Positions 17,972-22,155 of a DNA stretch of 22,155 nucleotides are shown in pieces. The stretch is from Fidelibacterota bacterium (lineage in GTDB: Bacteria > Fidelibacterota > UBA2242): the NCBI GenBank assembly GCA_049975265.1, contig JBNGDF010000032.1, forward strand, positions 1 to 22,155, written 5' to 3'. A program made the position numbers and the translations under genes. The notes below the pieces were generated by a model. That model saw only the letters and a list, made by a program, of their open reading frames with translations. It was not told the origin of the DNA and did no database searches. Each line of letters begins with the position of its first letter. Position 1 is the stretch's first letter.

Positions 17972-19229
17972 GACCACCCTCCTTTTTACGCCACTGATAG
18001 GGCATTTTATCTTTCAGGACAATGTGATGCGCCTTTAGCCGGATCGCATTGATTTTGATAAATCCTTTGCAATCCACCGCATTGTAGTTGCCCTCAACAT
18101 CCATGCTCGACAACTCCTGATCGTAGAGTGAGGTCGGTGATTTCCGACCGATAACACTTACATTTCCTTTGTAGATCGAGAGATACACCGTCCCGTCAAT
18201 CTTTTCCTGGCTTTTCTCAAAGGCATGCATCAGGAAATCCATCTCGGGAGAGAACCAAAAACCGTTGTAGATCAGCTCGGAAAATTTCGGTGCGAGCATA
18301 TCCCGGATGTGCATGACCTCCTTGTCCATGGCGATGCCTTCCAGGTCGCGGTGGGCTGCCCAGAGAATCGTTGCGCCGGGCGATTCATAGACGCCCCGGG
18401 ACTTGATCCCCACGAAGCGGTTCTCCACCATATCCACCCGACCGACACCGTTTTTACTGCCGATCTCATTGAGATACATAAAGAGCTCCAGAGGATCGGT
18501 CTTTTCCACACCCTCGGTCTGATTCGCCACCCGGATCGGAAAACCGTCCCTGAATTCAACCTCCAGAATCGTCTCCTCATCAGGCGCATATTTCGGGTGC
18601 ACCGTTTTACTGAAAATATCCTCCCAGGGTCGGAATTCAGGATCCTCCAAAATACCGGCTTCATGGCTGATGTGCATCAGATTATCGTCTTCACTATAGG
18701 ATTTTTCTATAGATGCCTTGACCGGAATGGCATACTTTTTGGCATAGGCAATCATGTCGCTGCGCCCTTTGAATTCCGCCAGGAATTCCGGGTCCTTCCA
18801 GGGTGAAATCACCTCTATTTTCGGGTTCAGGGCATAAAAGGCAAATTCAAACCGGACCTGATCGTTGCCCTTGCCGGTGGAACCGTGCGCGACCTTGTTG
18901 GTCTTTTCCAGGGCGGCAATCTCCACGTGCCGTTTGGCAATCAACGGTCGCGCCAGCGCCGTTCCCAGCAGATAACGCCCCTCGTAAATCGCATTGCCCC
19001 GCAGCGCCGGATAGATATAGTCCATGACAAATTCTTCCTTTAAATCTTCGATATAGACTTTCGAAGCACCGGTTTTCAGCGCCTTTTCACGCACCGCCGC
19101 AAAATCCTCGGTCTGACCGACATCGGCAACATAGCAGATCACATCGTAGCCCTTGTTGCACAACCACTTTAGTATTACGGACGTATCCAGTCCGCCACTG
19201 TATGCAAGTACGACTTTTTCCTTTTTCAT
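17940..19229 (-). CDS. argG: Argininosuccinate synthase
   Basis: [56 protein letters not shown]. Confidence 0.97.
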   Translation of the reverse strand: MKKEKVVLAYSGGLDTSVILKWLCNKGYDVICYVADVGQTEDFAAVREKALKTGASKVYIEDLKEEFVMDYIYPALRGNAIYEGRYLLGTALARPLIAKRHVEIAALEKTNKVAHGSTGKGNDQVRFEFAFYALNPKIEVISPWKDPEFLAEFKGRSDMIAYAKKYAIPVKASIEKSYSEDDNLMHISHEAGILEDPEFRPWEDIFSKTVHPKYAPDEETILEVEFRDGFPIRVANQTEGVEKTDPLELFMYLNEIGSKNGVGRVDMVENRFVGIKSRGVYESPGATILWAAHRDLEGIAMDKEVMHIRDMLAPKFSELIYNGFWFSPEMDFLMHAFEKSQEKIDGTVYLSIYKGNVSVIGRKSPTSLYDQELSSMDVEGNYNAVDCKGFIKINAIRLKAHHIVLKDKMPYQWRKKEGGHEAVAKDKAS

Positions 19230-19283
19230 CGTTCTCCTTCTTAAAATTTTGGTAACGGGGTTAATTGGTGAAGGAGCCCGGAC

Positions 19284-19757
19284 CTAAATTCGGCCGCGCA
19301 GCTCCGGCAAACGGGTCACGAGCAAGTCACGCAACTGCCCGTGCGAAACACCTTCGGCTAAAATGAGTAAAACCGTATCATCACCGGCAATGGTGCCCAC
19401 AATCTCTTTCAGACCGTTCCGGTCGATAATGTGGGCGACACTGGGAGCAAATGACGGCAGGCATTTGATGATAGCCAGATTATGAGAAAAGGCGACAGAC
19501 TGCACTGTGTGAAGCGGGGAGCTCTCCTGCAAATGAGTGTAGTTTGAGGACAACTCATTTGGTATTGAATAAATATGCCCTTTCTCATCATCGGGGATTT
19601 TGATGATTTTTAGTGCAGAAAGGTCTCTGGATAATGTGGCTTGGGTAGTTGCAAACCCCCGGACTTCCAGCATCGAGCGCAATTCTTCCTGACTGGAAAT
19701 TTTAACACTTTCCAGAATTTCCCGAATGGCTCTCTGTCTGTCGACCTTCTCTCTCAT
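19284..19757 (-). CDS. argR: Arginine repressor
   Basis: SSQEEL, TQATLSRDL (winged helix) and GTIAGDDT (arginine binding). Confidence 0.96.
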   Translation of the reverse strand: MREKVDRQRAIREILESVKISSQEELRSMLEVRGFATTQATLSRDLSALKIIKIPDDEKGHIYSIPNELSSNYTHLQESSPLHTVQSVAFSHNLAIIKCLPSFAPSVAHIIDRNGLKEIVGTIAGDDTVLLILAEGVSHGQLRDLLVTRLPELRGRI

Positions 19758-19759
19758 AA

Positions 19760-19798
19760 TCTGTATTATTATGCAACAAAACCGTATAAATATACATT
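19760..19798. promoter_or_regulatory. Tandem ARG boxes (ArgR operator)
   Basis: Two 18-bp imperfect palindromes, TCTGTATTATTATGCAAC (19760-19777) and ACCGTATAAATATACATT (19781-19798), separated by 3 bp. This is the canonical ArgR operator arrangement, and it overlaps the -10 element. Confidence 0.85.
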
Positions 19799-19817
19799 AC
19801 CTGCAATACTCTGTCAA
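19789..19817 (-). promoter_or_regulatory. sigma70 promoter of the arg operon
   Basis: Minus strand TTGACA (19817-19812) - 17 nt - TATATT (19794-19789). Confidence 0.8.
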
Positions 19818-19976
19818 GTATTTTTCCAAAAAATTTTAACAGTCTCTTTCCGAAATCAAATTTCGAGATGGAAAAGAAACGGTGTCGGCTGCGCTACTAT
19901 GGTCAAATCCGGTCCAATATTCCCTTGGTTTCAACACCGCAAACCGTTATTTTTCCGCCAAAACCGGAGAATCTGC

Positions 19977-20735
19977 ATGAAACCGTGGTATGAAGAACTG
20001 TTTATGGATTATGCGGCTTCCTATGACCGGGAGGTCTATACCCGGGGAACCGTCGCCGAAGTGGATTTTATCGCAACTGAAATTGGTGTTGATAAAACCA
20101 AAACCATTCTCGATATCGGCTGCGGCACCGGACGGCATGCGATTGAGCTGGCGCGGCGGGGCTACTCGGTCACCGGAATTGACCTGTCCGAATCGCAGCT
20201 GGCAAAGGCACAGGCGAAAGCTCAGGCAGCCAATGTCGCGGTCACCTTCCTCAGGAGAGACGCCCGGGATTTTCACTTTGACGAACTCTTTGATGCTGTG
20301 ATTATGCTCTGCGAGGGCGCCTTCTCGCTGATGGAAACCGATGAGATGAATTATCAAATCCTTGCAAACGCCGAAAAAGCGCTGAAACCGGGAGGAACAT
20401 TGATCTTTTCCTGCCTCAACGTGCTCTTTCCGCTCTATCATTCCTTAAAGGATTTCATTAACCGAAACACAGAAAATGAACTGGAATCCGCTAAAAACAG
20501 CTTCGATTTAATGACCTTCCGCGATTATTCGACATTGACGATTGTTGATGATAAGGGCATCAAAAAGACGCTGCACTGCAACGAACGCTATTATGCGCCT
20601 TCGGAAATCACCTGGCTGCTGAAATCGCTGAATTTCAGAAACATCACCATATTTGGTTGTGACACAGGGGATTTCCGCCGTGATAAACCGCTGACAACTG
20701 ATGACTACGAAATGCTGGTGACAGCTCAAAAATAA
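19977..20735 (+). CDS. Class I SAM-dependent methyltransferase
   Basis: ILDIGCGTGRH, TGIDLS, RDAR, FDAVI, LKPGG. ATG 19977 follows GGAG. The track extension to 19641 overlaps argR and is not credible. Confidence 0.9.
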   Translation: MKPWYEELFMDYAASYDREVYTRGTVAEVDFIATEIGVDKTKTILDIGCGTGRHAIELARRGYSVTGIDLSESQLAKAQAKAQAANVAVTFLRRDARDFHFDELFDAVIMLCEGAFSLMETDEMNYQILANAEKALKPGGTLIFSCLNVLFPLYHSLKDFINRNTENELESAKNSFDLMTFRDYSTLTIVDDKGIKKTLHCNERYYAPSEITWLLKSLNFRNITIFGCDTGDFRRDKPLTTDDYEMLVTAQK

Positions 20736-20749
20736 AACAGGGGATAGTT

Positions 20750-21067
20750 ATGTCTTTTAACGTACTCTTTCTCGCCCATGCGCCCGATGCGGACAAAGCC
20801 CTTCACCGCAGCCGGATTGAAACCGGCATGTACAAACTGATTACCGTTATAGTTAAAAATCAACCGGAAGCATTGGCGGTCTGTGAAGAACTGGTCGGAA
20901 AAGAAGAGATTCACTCAATCCTGCTCTGTCCCGGTTTTTCTCATCGGGATGTCGCCGAGATTGTCAAAGTCACCGATAATAAGGTTGCCGTGGTGGTTGC
21001 CCGGGGCGACGGACCCTCCGGGCGGATCGTTCAGGAAGCGCTGCAGCGTGCCGGGTATCAACACTGA
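20750..21067 (+). CDS. Small conserved protein, DUF6506-like
   Basis: 105 aa with ILLCPGF motif, resembling the recalled DUF6506 pattern. SD GGGGA. Operonic spacing. Confidence 0.65.
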   Translation: MSFNVLFLAHAPDADKALHRSRIETGMYKLITVIVKNQPEALAVCEELVGKEEIHSILLCPGFSHRDVAEIVKVTDNKVAVVVARGDGPSGRIVQEALQRAGYQH

Positions 21068-21094
21068 ACGGTGTCGTAGACATCTCTACGAGAT

Positions 21095-21934
21095 ATGGAC
21101 AATATCACCGAAGTTATCCAATCCCGCATCTCTCAGCGCAGTTATCACCCGGAACCGCTTAGCGGCGAGCTCCTGGCAAAGATTGAGCATATTCTTAATA
21201 TCAGCCCAGCCGGTCCATTCCACAGCAATGCTGACTTCCAATTAATTCACAAATCCAGCGCCGCCGGGCAGAAAGTCAGACTCGGGACTTACGGATTTAT
21301 CAGCGACGCTCAGCATTTCATCATCGGAAAAACGATTCCCGCACCCGGCACCTTAGTGGATTTTGGCTACCGAATGGAATGGGTCATTCTGCAAATGACA
21401 GCCATGGATCTCGGCACCTGCTGGATTGGCGGCAGCTTCAAACGGCACGAGTTCGCCAGACTGGTCAAACTGAGCGGCAACGCAGTCATCCCGGCTGTCA
21501 CGCCGGTGGGTTACCCGGCGGAAAAACCATCCCTGAAAGACCGCCTGATCCGATTTGGGGCTGGTTCAAAGAATCGCAAACCCTGGTCAGAAATTTTCTT
21601 TGAAAACGACTTCGGGCAGCCCCTTTCTAAAGATGCAGCCGGAAATGAAGCCACCGCCCTAGAGATGGTGCGCCTGGCGCCTTCAGCATCAAACCGGCAG
21701 CCCTGGCGAATCGTGAAAAGTGGCGCCCAGTACCATTTCTTCTTACACCACAAGCGGGGCTGTACCAAAATTAGCTCCGCCGTGGATATGCAAAAACTGG
21801 ATCTGGGGATTGCCCTTTGTCACTTTGAGCTGACAGCCCGGAAACTGCAGCAACCGGGACACTGGCAGAAAACCGATCCGGCGCTGAAATTATCGGACCG
21901 AACCGAATATATCCTGAGCTGGAGAAATGACTAA
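21095..21934 (+). CDS. Nitroreductase family protein (tandem-domain type)
   Basis: IQSRISQRSY, LGTCWIGG, VRLAPSASNRQPWR, DLGIALCHF. Confidence 0.9.
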   Translation: MDNITEVIQSRISQRSYHPEPLSGELLAKIEHILNISPAGPFHSNADFQLIHKSSAAGQKVRLGTYGFISDAQHFIIGKTIPAPGTLVDFGYRMEWVILQMTAMDLGTCWIGGSFKRHEFARLVKLSGNAVIPAVTPVGYPAEKPSLKDRLIRFGAGSKNRKPWSEIFFENDFGQPLSKDAAGNEATALEMVRLAPSASNRQPWRIVKSGAQYHFFLHHKRGCTKISSAVDMQKLDLGIALCHFELTARKLQQPGHWQKTDPALKLSDRTEYILSWRND

Positions 21935-22155
21935 CCCCTACGGGAAATCCTGGCGCTATCTGCATCTGTCACTGTATTTCGGCGGTTGGAAAATCCGGAA
22001 TTATCATAAAAATGCAGTGAAGAATAACAAATGAAAAAAATGAACAGGACACCCTTTTTATTGATATTTTATTAGAAAAAATTAAATTCTTAATGAAATA
22101 ATTAGGGTTTCCTGAAAAAGTCACGATTTTATTGGGACAGGTATAATTTTCGAAT

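Noticed and set aside
19641..19976. N-terminal extension of the methyltransferase in the ORF track
   Set aside because: Overlaps argR and its promoter. The SD and domain start point to ATG 19977. The extended starts at 2057, 7101, 11171, 14566 and 16878 were rejected for similar reasons.
1..22155. CRISPR arrays, tRNA, rRNA
   Set aside because: The window is almost fully protein-coding, and the intergenic gaps show no periodic repeats or cloverleaf signatures by eye.

Overview
Bacterial (diderm) chromosomal window with three parts. (1) 442-12373 is a mosaic built around cytochrome c genes. The two system II heme-attachment genes (ccsB/resB-like at 2105-3004, ccsA at 7131-7883) lie apart and upstream of a signal-peptide pentaheme cytochrome c (9838-11178) and a Cyc2-like monoheme cytochrome/beta-barrel fusion (11189-12373). 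Together these form a candidate outer-membrane electron conduit. Interleaved with them are a Tat-lipoprotein N-acyl-D-amino-acid deacylase, a HAD hydrolase, an amber-interrupted outer-membrane protein, a membrane protein, an 8-oxoguanine-deaminase-like enzyme, and an AT-rich decayed restriction-modification locus (truncated methyltransferase, small ORF, intact PD-(D/E)xK-like nuclease, and a C-terminal restriction-enzyme remnant not in the ORF track). (2) 12472-19757 is a minus-strand argR-G-H-C-J-B-D arginine biosynthesis operon with a clear sigma70 promoter overlapped by tandem ARG boxes. (3) 19977-21934 holds a SAM methyltransferase, a DUF6506-like protein and a nitroreductase. I saw no rRNA, tRNA, CRISPR array or transposase. 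All family calls come from motif recognition by eye; no searches were run.
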